Of a stretch of 64,000 nucleotides of DNA, positions 27,371 to 36,757 are shown one piece after another. The DNA comes from an uncultured bacterium (GTDB lineage Bacteria; Bacillota_I; Bacilli_A; RFN20; CAG-826): the NCBI GenBank assembly GCA_949290395.1, contig CASERQ010000002.1:8505-72504 (forward strand), read 5' to 3'. Made by a program: the position numbers and the translations under genes. The notes beneath the pieces were generated by a model. That model was not told the origin of the DNA. It was given only the letters and a program-made list of their open reading frames with translations, and did not search any database. Numbering within the stretch: the first letter of the stretch is position 1; the number at the start of each line of letters is the position of its first letter.

Positions 27371-30163
27371 ATGATTAAAATAGAGAAACTTAAAAAAGAA
27401 TATAAAAGTGGTGATATAGTAACAAAAGCATTAAATGGAATTGATTTAGAATTTGCTTCAAATGGATTTTATTCAATTCTTGGTCCTTCAGGGTGTGGTA
27501 AATCAACATTTTTAAATCTTATTGGTTTACTTGATACGCCAAGTGAAGGAAAAATCATTATTGATAATGTCGATACTTCAACTTTAAAAAATCATGAACA
27601 AGATCAATTTAGAAATAAACTTATTGGTTTTGTTTTTCAATCTTATCACCTAGTCTCTAATTTATCATGTAAAGAAAATATTGAACTTCCTTTTCTTCTT
27701 GGCGGAGAAAAAGATAAAGAGTTAATAAATAAGAAAATAGACAAACTTTTAGAAGATTTTGGTATCTCTAATTTAAAAGATAAGAAGAGCAATGAGTTAA
27801 GTGGCGGACAAATGCAAAGAATTGCTATTGCTCGTGCTCTTGTTAACGATCCAAAAATTATTTTAGCCGATGAACCAACTGGTGCTTTAGATAGTGAAAA
27901 TTCTAAAGAAGTCATGGATTTCCTTAAAAAATTAAGTGAAGATCATTTAGTAATCTTAGTAACTCACAATATTGAACTTGCTGAAACTTATAGTGATGAG
28001 ATTATTTATCTTAATGATGGAAAAGTAACTGGCACAAAAGTTATTAATGAACTTGAGAATTATAAAGTAAATGAATTACATGACGTTAAAAAGAAAAGGG
28101 ATTTAGTTTCAAATAAAGTTATTTGGAAATTATCTTTAAAAAACATTTTCTCTAAAAAGCTTAAAACAATAATTTCCGCAATGGCGAACTGTTTTGGCCT
28201 TGTTGCTTTTGGCTTTATTCTTGCTTTAACAAATGGTTTTATGGTTTATACCGATAAAGTCAGTTATGAAACAGCTTCATCATTGCCAATTAATGTACCA
28301 GCTTACACTTTATCTACTGAAAGTGAAGACTGGAAAGAAATAAATCAAGCAACAGAATTCCCTGAAGATGAAGCGATTTATCCATATGTAAATTCAGGGA
28401 CTGAATATACATATACTTATAACAATTATTCAGATGAATATTTTGAACTACTTGATTCTTTTATAGAAAAGGGACTAGCAGTTGAATATATCCTAAATTA
28501 TGGAAACTCTTATTCTTATAATTTAACAACGGAATATCCTGAAAGTTTAGATGGCTCAAGAGATTCTTATATCGCTAACGTAAATACAAACATGAGTGCT
28601 GGAGGAAGTTATACTTCTAGTGGTTATGGAATTCCTACTAATATTTTCCATGTTTTATATGGTGATATTGACCAATCTTATGATTTATTAACTGGTTCAC
28701 TTCCAAAAAATAAAAATGAAATTGTTTTAGTTGTAAACAACTATAATGCTATTAACTTTACTACCTTACAAAATATGGGCTTTTATAGTTCTAGTGATAG
28801 TGCTGAAGAAGTGGTTAATAAAGAACTCGAAAGTAACGTTGAACCAATTAGTTTTGATGATGTAATTGGTAAAAAATACAAGGTATTTTTAAATAGTGAA
28901 ATCTACTCAAAAACATCAAATACCTTGCAAATCAAAGATATTTCTGGAAATATTTCTAGAACTTTACACTCTTATTCTAAAAATAATATTACTGATTTAT
29001 ACAATGATCCTAATAAAGGAATTGAACTTACAATCTCAGGAATTTTACGTCCTAAAAAAGATATAAGTATGACTTTAATTTCGCCATCCTTATGCTTTAT
29101 GCCAGAACTTTTAGATGAACTAGCTATTGAAAAAGAAGGAAGCGACATTGCTAATGATATAAGCGGAAATTTTGTAGCGAATTTTTCTAATGATTTCGAT
29201 TTGCTTCTTTCTTTTGTTGAAGAAATTGGTTCATTAATTGACCAATATAAAGAAGGAGAAATCGCAATTAACGCAACAACATTTAACGAAGTCATTAATA
29301 AATACTTTACTTATTATTATATTGAAGATAATTACCACACTCATAATAGTAAAGGCGAAATTACTAAATGGCGTGGAACTGGGTTCGAGAATTTTTTAAA
29401 TGATGCCAGAAAAGTTGGTGCAGAAATTACAGATCCAACTATAATTGACCAATTTAAAGGCTTTAACGAAGAAAATTTTGATGAAATTATCAACATTATT
29501 ATTGATAAATTTAAAGAAGATCAAAACGTAGAAGAAGCTTACAACTATTTCATTAATTTTGGTGCTTACATTAATAGCTATACAACTTTACAAAATATTG
29601 CAATTTTCCCTAAAGGACTTGAAGAAAGAGTTGAAATTGTTCGTCTTTTAGATGAATTTAATGATTCTAAAACTAATGAAAGCGAAAAAGTTTATTACGT
29701 AAGTATTAGTTCATCGCTTATCAACAGTGTTTCTAACATGGTAAGCCTTGTTTCGCTTGTTTTATCGATATTTGTCGCAGTTTTATTAATTGTTGCTTGT
29801 GCAATGAATGTCTTATTTACATATAACAATGTTCTTGAAAGAACAAAGGATATTGGTATTTTAAGAGCTATTGGTACTACCAAATTTGATATTTCAAGAA
29901 TGTTTGTTATTGAATCTGGACTTGTTGGAATTGTAAGTGGATTATTTAGTTGCTTATTTACTTATGTTCTAGCTTTCCCTGTAAATATGCTCATTGCTCA
30001 ACATTATGCAAGATACTTTGCTTTCCAAGATATTTGTGTTGTGGCTTGGTGGCATATGATTGTACTTGTTGTGATTGCTCTTGTTTTAGCTGTTGCTAGT
30101 GCTCTTGCTCCAGCATATTCAGCAAGCAAAAAAGATCCAGTTAAGTGCTTAAAAGAGGAATAG
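27371..30163 (+). CDS. fused ABC transporter: ATPase (LolD/MacB type) + FtsX-like permease with very large extracytoplasmic domain
   Basis: 930 aa. Walker A GPSGCGKST, LSGGQMQR, ILADEPTGALD. TM1 near aa 262-285. The FtsX-type TM bundle is only after about aa 785 (ILRAIGTTKFDI...). Confidence 0.85.
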   Translation: MIKIEKLKKEYKSGDIVTKALNGIDLEFASNGFYSILGPSGCGKSTFLNLIGLLDTPSEGKIIIDNVDTSTLKNHEQDQFRNKLIGFVFQSYHLVSNLSCKENIELPFLLGGEKDKELINKKIDKLLEDFGISNLKDKKSNELSGGQMQRIAIARALVNDPKIILADEPTGALDSENSKEVMDFLKKLSEDHLVILVTHNIELAETYSDEIIYLNDGKVTGTKVINELENYKVNELHDVKKKRDLVSNKVIWKLSLKNIFSKKLKTIISAMANCFGLVAFGFILALTNGFMVYTDKVSYETASSLPINVPAYTLSTESEDWKEINQATEFPEDEAIYPYVNSGTEYTYTYNNYSDEYFELLDSFIEKGLAVEYILNYGNSYSYNLTTEYPESLDGSRDSYIANVNTNMSAGGSYTSSGYGIPTNIFHVLYGDIDQSYDLLTGSLPKNKNEIVLVVNNYNAINFTTLQNMGFYSSSDSAEEVVNKELESNVEPISFDDVIGKKYKVFLNSEIYSKTSNTLQIKDISGNISRTLHSYSKNNITDLYNDPNKGIELTISGILRPKKDISMTLISPSLCFMPELLDELAIEKEGSDIANDISGNFVANFSNDFDLLLSFVEEIGSLIDQYKEGEIAINATTFNEVINKYFTYYYIEDNYHTHNSKGEITKWRGTGFENFLNDARKVGAEITDPTIIDQFKGFNEENFDEIINIIIDKFKEDQNVEEAYNYFINFGAYINSYTTLQNIAIFPKGLEERVEIVRLLDEFNDSKTNESEKVYYVSISSSLINSVSNMVSLVSLVLSIFVAVLLIVACAMNVLFTYNNVLERTKDIGILRAIGTTKFDISRMFVIESGLVGIVSGLFSCLFTYVLAFPVNMLIAQHYARYFAFQDICVVAWWHMIVLVVIALVLAVASALAPAYSASKKDPVKCLKEE

Positions 30164-30169
30164 TTTTCT

Positions 30170-30196
30170 AAAATAGTTGAGTTTTGCAAGGTTTTT
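30170..30196 (+). repeat. 27-nt intergenic motif AAAATAGTTGAGTTTTGCAAGGTTTTT, copy 1
   Basis: Exact 27/27 match to 44456-44482. The 16-nt core GTTTTGCAAGGTTTTT recurs inverted at 21051-21066. Each copy lies 6-12 nt after a stop codon. Confidence 0.85.
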
Positions 30197-30252
30197 GAGA
30201 ATAAGCCTATCTATTCTTAACTATTTTTATACTTTGAAAAACATCCGGAAAA

Positions 30253-30281
30253 TAAAAAAAACAACCTTTCAAATAGGTTGT
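30253..30281 (-). terminator. terminator downstream of tRNA-Lys
   Basis: Minus strand: ACAACCT/AGGTTGT hairpin followed by an 8-nt U-run (plus-strand A-run 30253-30260). Confidence 0.6.
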
Positions 30282-30303
30282 CTCAGTTTGAATAAAATAA
30301 ATG

Positions 30304-30379
30304 TGGTGATCCGCCGGAGACTCGAACTCCGGACCCACTGATTAAGAGTCAGTTGCTCTACCAACTGAGCTAGCGGACC
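30304..30379 (-). tRNA. tRNA-Lys (anticodon CUU), CCA encoded
   Basis: Manual cloverleaf, 76 nt: GGTCCGC TA GCTC AGTTGGTA GAGC A ACTGA CTCTTAA TCAGT GGGTC CGGAG TTCGAGT CTCCG GCGGATC A CCA. Confidence 0.92.
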
Positions 30380-30452
30380 GCGCCCGTATATTATATTAAA
30401 AAAGTAAAGTTTATATCAAGCAAAATCGTTATAGATATGGTAAAATTTTTCC

Positions 30453-30758
30453 ATGGAATTTTTATTTACTAATAACAGAGTTGAAGCTTATGAAGATAAT
30501 AAATTATTAGGTTATCTTGAATTTTCTTTAGATGAGGAAACTTTAACTATAAACAAAACTTTAGTTTATCCTGAAGCAAGAGGAAAAGGGCTTGCTAAAC
30601 TTTTAAATGAAAAGATATTTGAATACGCTAAAAACGTTACAAAAAAGATAAAAATTATATGTTCTTATTCACAAAATTATTATTTAAAAAATAAATCCCA
30701 ATATTTAGGGCTTGAAGTTGTATTAATTAGTGGAGAAGAAAATGTCTGTACTATTTAA
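30453..30758 (+). CDS. small GNAT-family N-acetyltransferase (YjdJ-like single-domain type)
   Basis: 101 aa. The pattern VYPEARGKGLAKLLNEKIFEYAK...IKIICSY is typical of about 90-aa GNAT_CG-type proteins. Confidence 0.6.
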   Translation: MEFLFTNNRVEAYEDNKLLGYLEFSLDEETLTINKTLVYPEARGKGLAKLLNEKIFEYAKNVTKKIKIICSYSQNYYLKNKSQYLGLEVVLISGEENVCTI

Positions 30759-31644
30759 AGCTTATTCAACTTATTTGTCTAAAAAGATGAAGAAGGACGA
30801 TGAAAACAACTTCAAAAAGTTAAAACATATTGAAGGAGTTAAAGTTAAGTCAAACATTAGATACTTAGAAGGAAAAAATAAGTATCATCTTTTTAATCTT
30901 TATTATCCAGAAAACATTAATGATTTATCAAAACTTCCATTAATGATTGATATCCATGGCGGAGGATGGATATATGGTGATAAAGATTTGAACCGTTATC
31001 ACAATGCTTACTTTGCTTCTCAAGGTTTTGTTGTTTTATCGATGTCTTATAGGCTTCTTTTAAGAACAAATTTAAAAGGAATTGTTCAAGATTTATTTGC
31101 TTTTTTTAATTACATTGAAAAGCATAAAGAAGAATTAAATCTTTCTTTTGATAATGTTTTATTAACCGGAGACAGTGCTGGTGGACACTTATCTTTATTA
31201 GTAAATGCTATTAATCAAAATGAGAAACTTCAAAAAATGTATGAAGTTAGGCCTTTTAACATTGAATTCAAAATGCTTAATTTAGAACATCCTGTTCCTT
31301 ATTTAAAAGAGATCTTTGATGGGAAGGGAATCGCGTACACTTCCCTTATGAAAGCTTTTTTTGGCAGAAAATATAAAAAGAACGAATTATTTAATTATTC
31401 TTCTTTTGATGATTTAATTTCGATTTCTTCTTTTCCATTTATTACCATGGTTTCTTCATCTTTAGATTCCTTTAAGCCTCAAGCTTTTAAAATTCATGAA
31501 GAACTTCAAAAAAGAAATATTCCTCATGAATTTAAATATTATGAAAATGAAGTCCATGTTTTTGAGGTCAGTTTTTATGACCGCAAAAATTCATTAGATT
31601 ACAATAATTTTGTAATTGAAAAATTTAAAGAAATTATTGGATAA
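30742..31644 (+). CDS. alpha/beta hydrolase (esterase/lipase, HGGG type)
   Basis: Oxyanion DIHGGGW and nucleophile elbow GDSAGGH. ATG 30742 is preferred (SD GGAGAAG); the track starts at GTG 30730. It overlaps the GNAT stop by 17 nt. Confidence 0.75.
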   Translation: MSVLFKAYSTYLSKKMKKDDENNFKKLKHIEGVKVKSNIRYLEGKNKYHLFNLYYPENINDLSKLPLMIDIHGGGWIYGDKDLNRYHNAYFASQGFVVLSMSYRLLLRTNLKGIVQDLFAFFNYIEKHKEELNLSFDNVLLTGDSAGGHLSLLVNAINQNEKLQKMYEVRPFNIEFKMLNLEHPVPYLKEIFDGKGIAYTSLMKAFFGRKYKKNELFNYSSFDDLISISSFPFITMVSSSLDSFKPQAFKIHEELQKRNIPHEFKYYENEVHVFEVSFYDRKNSLDYNNFVIEKFKEIIG

Positions 31645-31649
31645 ATTTT

Positions 31650-33293
31650 ATGGAAAAATCTGCAAAAAATATTATTTTATTAATCCTTTCGATTTTAGTT
31701 GTTGCAACAGGGATCGGTTGTATTTTTTATTTTGGATTTGGTGGGTTTGATTGGGGTCCTTCTTTTAATGGCCCAAGCAACAATTACGAACCACCATTAG
31801 ATGATTTAACAAATCATGAAACACCTTATAAAGATTTAAATGAATATGGTGATTATTCTAAATTTACATATCAAGATGTAAATGAAAAAGCTGGTTATCC
31901 AATTATGCCTTCATTAGGTGAAGTTAATATTGTTGTAATTCCAGTTGAATTTGAACAAAGTCGTCCTCTTAGTAGTGTTGATAGACACATGAGAGATTTT
32001 ACTGAAGAAGATTTAAACGCCATCAATGTTGCATTTAATGGAGAAAGTGATCAATCTGGAAATGAATATTGGGAAAGTGTATCTTCTTTTTATTACGAAT
32101 CTAGTTTTTCAAAATTAGATTTAAATTTTGATATCGTTGATCCGTTTACGCCAGAAATTAGCGCGAGCGAATTTGTTGAATATGAAAGACATGGCGAAAC
32201 AGGAATTGAGGGTTCAAGCGAAATTCTTAGAGAAGTTTTTAGTGAAGGACTTACGATGAATGGCGAGCCGATTGATTTACTCTCAAATCGCTATGATATA
32301 AATAATGATGATTATATCGATGGAATTTGGATGATTTATAACTGTTTTGATACTGAATATGTTGAATCAAAAACTCAACCTTTCTGGGCTTATACTACAA
32401 ATTATGTAAGTAATTCCGATTATTCAACTCGATATGCTAATTGCGCTTTATCGTTTTTATATAATGACTCACCAAAAGGTTATGATGCACATACATTAAT
32501 TCATGAAACTGGTCATATTTTGGGTCTAGATGATTATTATAGTTATGAAAATGATTATAATTTTGGCTATTTAGGCGGGATTGATATGATGGACTTAAAT
32601 ATTGGTGATCATAATGCTTTTTCTAAATATGCATTAGGATGGGTAAAGCCTCAAATTGTTTATGAAAAAGAATCAACAATCACTTTAAGACCAAGTGCAA
32701 CTAGTGGAGATTTTGCAATTATTCCTTCAAGTTATTTTAATGATAGTGCATTTGGAGAATATTTATTACTTGAATATAAAACTAGAGATGGACTAAATGC
32801 GCTTGATGGAAATAAGAGTTATAGAGGTGGTTATCCATTAACTTTTGATAATGGTTTAGCAATTTATCATGTTGATGCGCGCTTAGCTTTACATTCTATA
32901 ACTCAAAGTGGAAGATATTATATTGATTCTTATCTCGATGTTGAAGATGATGAAATACCATCTGCTTCTTATGATTATGAAAAAGATGAATATAAAACAT
33001 ATTTAGTTGCTAACTCAAATACCCCTGGGTATAACGCAATTGATGAAGATTACGCTTTAATTAAATTAGTTAGCAGAAGTAGAACTTTATATCGTGAAAG
33101 AGAAGATGGTGATGTTAGTAATGAAGGTCTAACTAACGTAGATTTATATAGAGAAGGAAACAGTTTTTCTTCTAAACAACTTGATAGATATTTTAGTGAA
33201 GGTTATTTCAATAATGGTACCCCAATTAATAACATTACAATTGAAGTAACTTCAATGACTGATGATGAAATAAAACTTTATATTAAAAGGTAA
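31650..33293 (+). CDS. membrane-anchored M6-family (InhA-like) zinc metalloprotease
   Basis: 547 aa. N-terminal TM anchor. HETGHILGLDDYY matches the M6 HExxHxxGxxD signature. Confidence 0.7.
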   Translation: MEKSAKNIILLILSILVVATGIGCIFYFGFGGFDWGPSFNGPSNNYEPPLDDLTNHETPYKDLNEYGDYSKFTYQDVNEKAGYPIMPSLGEVNIVVIPVEFEQSRPLSSVDRHMRDFTEEDLNAINVAFNGESDQSGNEYWESVSSFYYESSFSKLDLNFDIVDPFTPEISASEFVEYERHGETGIEGSSEILREVFSEGLTMNGEPIDLLSNRYDINNDDYIDGIWMIYNCFDTEYVESKTQPFWAYTTNYVSNSDYSTRYANCALSFLYNDSPKGYDAHTLIHETGHILGLDDYYSYENDYNFGYLGGIDMMDLNIGDHNAFSKYALGWVKPQIVYEKESTITLRPSATSGDFAIIPSSYFNDSAFGEYLLLEYKTRDGLNALDGNKSYRGGYPLTFDNGLAIYHVDARLALHSITQSGRYYIDSYLDVEDDEIPSASYDYEKDEYKTYLVANSNTPGYNAIDEDYALIKLVSRSRTLYREREDGDVSNEGLTNVDLYREGNSFSSKQLDRYFSEGYFNNGTPINNITIEVTSMTDDEIKLYIKR

Positions 33294-34378
33294 TGGAGAC
33301 TCGCTTAACTTATCAAAAAGCTGAAACAAAAAAGAGAGTATTCTCCGTTTTAATCGACTATTTTTTATTAACAATCGGAACAGTTATCTTTTATTTTGTT
33401 TTAGTAATGCAAGTAGCTAACACTCTTCCAATTTCTAAAAATATCTCAGAAAATTTTTATACAAATTATTCAAATATAAATACAATATTAGAAGAATCTC
33501 ATCTAGACTCTATTAAACCTGAATCTTATCTTAATATGGCGGTTAAAAGCAGTCTAGGAGAAGAATATTATCCTACAACCGAATACGACCTTCTCGCTAA
33601 TTTAAACAAGGAAACAGATCCAATTTATTATTACCTTTCAACTTATAAAGAAGATGAAAAAGCTAACTATGTAGGTTTATCTTTTAATGTTGAAAATTAT
33701 ATAAACGACTTAACTAATTCCAGTTATTTTGAGAGGCAAGACGATTATATAAAGTTAAATGAAGATATTGCAAAAAGAGTTGGTGATTATCTTTTTTATG
33801 ATAACGAAAACATGAAAGATGATTACAATAATCTTTTATCATTTATAAATGAAGAATTTGTTAAAGCTAGAAACGATTTAGCAAATAACAATATAAACTA
33901 CAAAAACTCTCTTGGGAAACTAAATCAAGCAAGTAATGACGCTTTAACCATGAACTTTGTTAATCTTAATATCTCTTTCTTTTTAAGTTTTCTTTTAATC
34001 ACTCTAATTCCAATCTTAGTTAACAAAAAACATAAAAGTTTAGGAAATATTGTTATGAAAATTTCTCCTATATATTATGAAAAAGGCTGCAAAACTAAGT
34101 TATTTATAAAATTATTAACATCTTTTGTAGCGAGTTATTCATCAATTTTTATAGCTTCATTATTAACGAGTGGAAGAAGTTTTGCTCAACTTTTGATGCT
34201 TAATTTGTTTAACATCAATTTTGTTTTAATCTTATTTATTTTCGGAATTTTAATTACAATTTTTTCTTTTATTTTAGAATTTTTAAAAATCTCAGAAGGA
34301 TCACTTAGTGATTATTTTGCTGGCATTAGATACACTGATGATATGAAAGCCGAAGTTAACAATGAAAACGGAAATTAG
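33293..34378 (+). CDS. RDD-like membrane protein, type A (copy 1), with ~190-aa extracytoplasmic insert
   Basis: 361 aa. KKRVFSVLIDYFLL N-terminal RDD-type helix, a long polar loop, then 3-4 TM segments. Same architecture as 42271-43428. Its ATG overlaps the M6 stop (TAATG). Confidence 0.45.
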   Translation: METRLTYQKAETKKRVFSVLIDYFLLTIGTVIFYFVLVMQVANTLPISKNISENFYTNYSNINTILEESHLDSIKPESYLNMAVKSSLGEEYYPTTEYDLLANLNKETDPIYYYLSTYKEDEKANYVGLSFNVENYINDLTNSSYFERQDDYIKLNEDIAKRVGDYLFYDNENMKDDYNNLLSFINEEFVKARNDLANNNINYKNSLGKLNQASNDALTMNFVNLNISFFLSFLLITLIPILVNKKHKSLGNIVMKISPIYYEKGCKTKLFIKLLTSFVASYSSIFIASLLTSGRSFAQLLMLNLFNINFVLILFIFGILITIFSFILEFLKISEGSLSDYFAGIRYTDDMKAEVNNENGN

Positions 34379-35270
34379 ATATAAAAAGTGTAGCGACATA
34401 AAAAGAGTTTTTGCCTTTTTGATTGATTTCTTTTTAGTTATTTTATCTTCTATTTTAGTTTTTGGGATTGCTCTTGCAATATATTACGCTACACCAAGTT
34501 ATAAAGAAAGTATCGAAGCACGAAAAACGTTAGAAGATGAAAGTGCTTTATTTATCAATGGCGTGCAACTTAATGATTATTATTCTTCATCGGATTTAAC
34601 TTATGAGGAACAAGTTAAAGATTACGATTCTCGTTTATCGCGCTTTTATAATTTGGATTTATATAAATCAGAGCTAGAAAATTTTAACAAAAGAAAACTT
34701 TCTGCAATTTATAATTCCAATTATCTTTTTATAGAAGAAGACGGAAATATCATTTTTAACACTTCAGATATTCCTATCACTGCCTACTTGGATTTTTTTG
34801 AAGACGAATATAATAACAACACAATTTATGTCTTTCGAAATGAAGAAACTTATAAAAATTTAACTTTTACAATTGGCGTTACAATTTTGATTTTAATTAT
34901 TATCTCTTTTAATTTTATGAGCTTGGTGTTTTATTTCTTTATTCCTTTATTTAATTATCGATATAGACAAACTTTAGGAATGAAAATATTTAAACTTGGA
35001 ATAATTTCTCATTCAAATTATTCATTAACAAACAAAGAATTTTGCTTTCGCTTCTTATTTTTCTTTATAGTTGAATATCTTTTAGGATTTTTATCATTTT
35101 TTATCATTTCTCTAGTTTCGTTTTCTTTTATGCTCCTTGGTAAAAAGAAAGAACCATTCCATGATTTATTGCTTGATTCAAAAATGATTGATGTAAGCAC
35201 TTCTAAAATCTATCGTGATCAATTTGAACTCCTTTCTGAGATAAAAAAACAAGCAACAGCAACTAATTAA
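34362..35270 (+). CDS. RDD family membrane protein, type B (copy 1)
   Basis: 302 aa with KRVFAFLIDFFLV...RQTLGMKIFKLGI...FHDLLLDSKMID (R/D/D positions). Clear paralog of 43418-44443. Confidence 0.6.
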   Translation: MKTEIRYKKCSDIKRVFAFLIDFFLVILSSILVFGIALAIYYATPSYKESIEARKTLEDESALFINGVQLNDYYSSSDLTYEEQVKDYDSRLSRFYNLDLYKSELENFNKRKLSAIYNSNYLFIEEDGNIIFNTSDIPITAYLDFFEDEYNNNTIYVFRNEETYKNLTFTIGVTILILIIISFNFMSLVFYFFIPLFNYRYRQTLGMKIFKLGIISHSNYSLTNKEFCFRFLFFFIVEYLLGFLSFFIISLVSFSFMLLGKKKEPFHDLLLDSKMIDVSTSKIYRDQFELLSEIKKQATATN

Positions 35271-35308
35271 AAATAGATTTAACGCTTATAAATAATTATA
35301 ATTGTGTT

Positions 35309-36757
35309 ATGAAAATTCAAATTTCAAATCTTGGCAAAACTTTTGAAGGTAATTTAAAGAAAAATATTCCAGATACAGTTGCTGTTTCTGAATTTTCTAT
35401 AAATATTGAAGATGGTGAACTTGTTGGTTTACTTGGACCATCTGGATGTGGCAAATCAACAATTCTTTATATGATAAGCGGTTTAAAAGAACCAACTACA
35501 GGCTCTGTTTATTTTGGAGATGAAGACGTAACAGATTTAGCACCAGAAAAAAGAGGCATAGGTTTTGTTTTTCAAAATTATGCATTATATCCTCATTTAA
35601 ATATTTATAAAAATATTGCTTTCCCTCTTGAAGATACATGGATTAAAACTTTTAAGCAAGAAAAGAAAATAATTAAGTTTTGCACGCTTTTTTCTTTAAA
35701 AGACAGATTTAATGAAGTTATTGACTTAATTAATAATGAGAAAAGAATTAACAAAAAAATATCAAAGGCCCTTGTTATTGATAAGATTTCTTTCTTATTA
35801 AATATTCCTTATTCGTATGCAAAATTTCTTTATAAATACTTTTTAAAGAAAGACTTTAATTTAGAAATTTTTGTTCTTTTTCTCAAAGAAAACATCGATA
35901 AAGAAAAAGAAAAGATAAAACAAAAAGGGTTTGAATTAGATGATGAATATTATCTTTTAAAAGATGGAAATAGAGTCCCTTATAAAAGAAAGATTAATAA
36001 AGATGAAATTGATCTTAAAGTTAAAGAAGTAGCAAAAATTGTAAAACTAGAAGATTATCTTTATCGAAAACCAAGTGAAATTAGTGGCGGCCAACAACAA
36101 AGAGTTGCAATCGCAAGGGCTTTGATTAAATCACCTAAAGTTTTACTTTTAGATGAACCTCTTTCGAATTTAGATGCCCGTCTTAGACTTGAAACTCGTG
36201 AAGAGATTCGTAGAATCCAACAAGAAACAAAGATTACTACAATTTTTGTTACTCACGACCAAGATGAAGCGATGGCAATTTGTGATAAAATTGTTGTTTT
36301 AAAAAAAGGAAAAGTCGAACAAATTGGTGCGCCTCAAGAAGTTTACGATGACCCAAAAAATTTATTCACTGCAAAATTTTTAGGCTTACCTCCAATTGGC
36401 GTTTTTTATGGCAAGCTAAAAGATGGATATTTATATTTAAATAACAATAAAGTTCTAAAAGTTGACTCAATAGAAGATAAAGATGTCTTTATTGCTATTC
36501 GACCTGAAGGCTATAAAAAGGCTAATAAAGATGATGAGTTTTCTTTTTCTTTATATATAACAAAAGTTATATCACAAGGAAGAGATTCAGAAGTTTTGGC
36601 TTTAAATCCAAACGGAAATGATTCCTTTAAAATTATGATCAGAAATGAAGAAAAATATAGTGTTGGAGAAAACTATTTTAAGGTAAAACCAAATAAACTC
36701 TATGTTTTTGATAAAGTAACTCAAGAAAGGATATATCTTAATGAACGAGAAAAATAA
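35309..36757 (+). CDS. MalK/UgpC/MsmK-type ABC ATPase with ~120-aa insertion (ATPase-1)
   Basis: 482 aa. GPSGCGKST, FQNYALYPH, SGGQQQRVAIARAL, LLLDEPLSNLDA, VTHDQ, and a C-terminal TOBE-like domain. The FPL-to-RKP distance is 146 aa versus about 30 in canonical MalK. Confidence 0.9.
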   Translation: MKIQISNLGKTFEGNLKKNIPDTVAVSEFSINIEDGELVGLLGPSGCGKSTILYMISGLKEPTTGSVYFGDEDVTDLAPEKRGIGFVFQNYALYPHLNIYKNIAFPLEDTWIKTFKQEKKIIKFCTLFSLKDRFNEVIDLINNEKRINKKISKALVIDKISFLLNIPYSYAKFLYKYFLKKDFNLEIFVLFLKENIDKEKEKIKQKGFELDDEYYLLKDGNRVPYKRKINKDEIDLKVKEVAKIVKLEDYLYRKPSEISGGQQQRVAIARALIKSPKVLLLDEPLSNLDARLRLETREEIRRIQQETKITTIFVTHDQDEAMAICDKIVVLKKGKVEQIGAPQEVYDDPKNLFTAKFLGLPPIGVFYGKLKDGYLYLNNNKVLKVDSIEDKDVFIAIRPEGYKKANKDDEFSFSLYITKVISQGRDSEVLALNPNGNDSFKIMIRNEEKYSVGENYFKVKPNKLYVFDKVTQERIYLNEREK

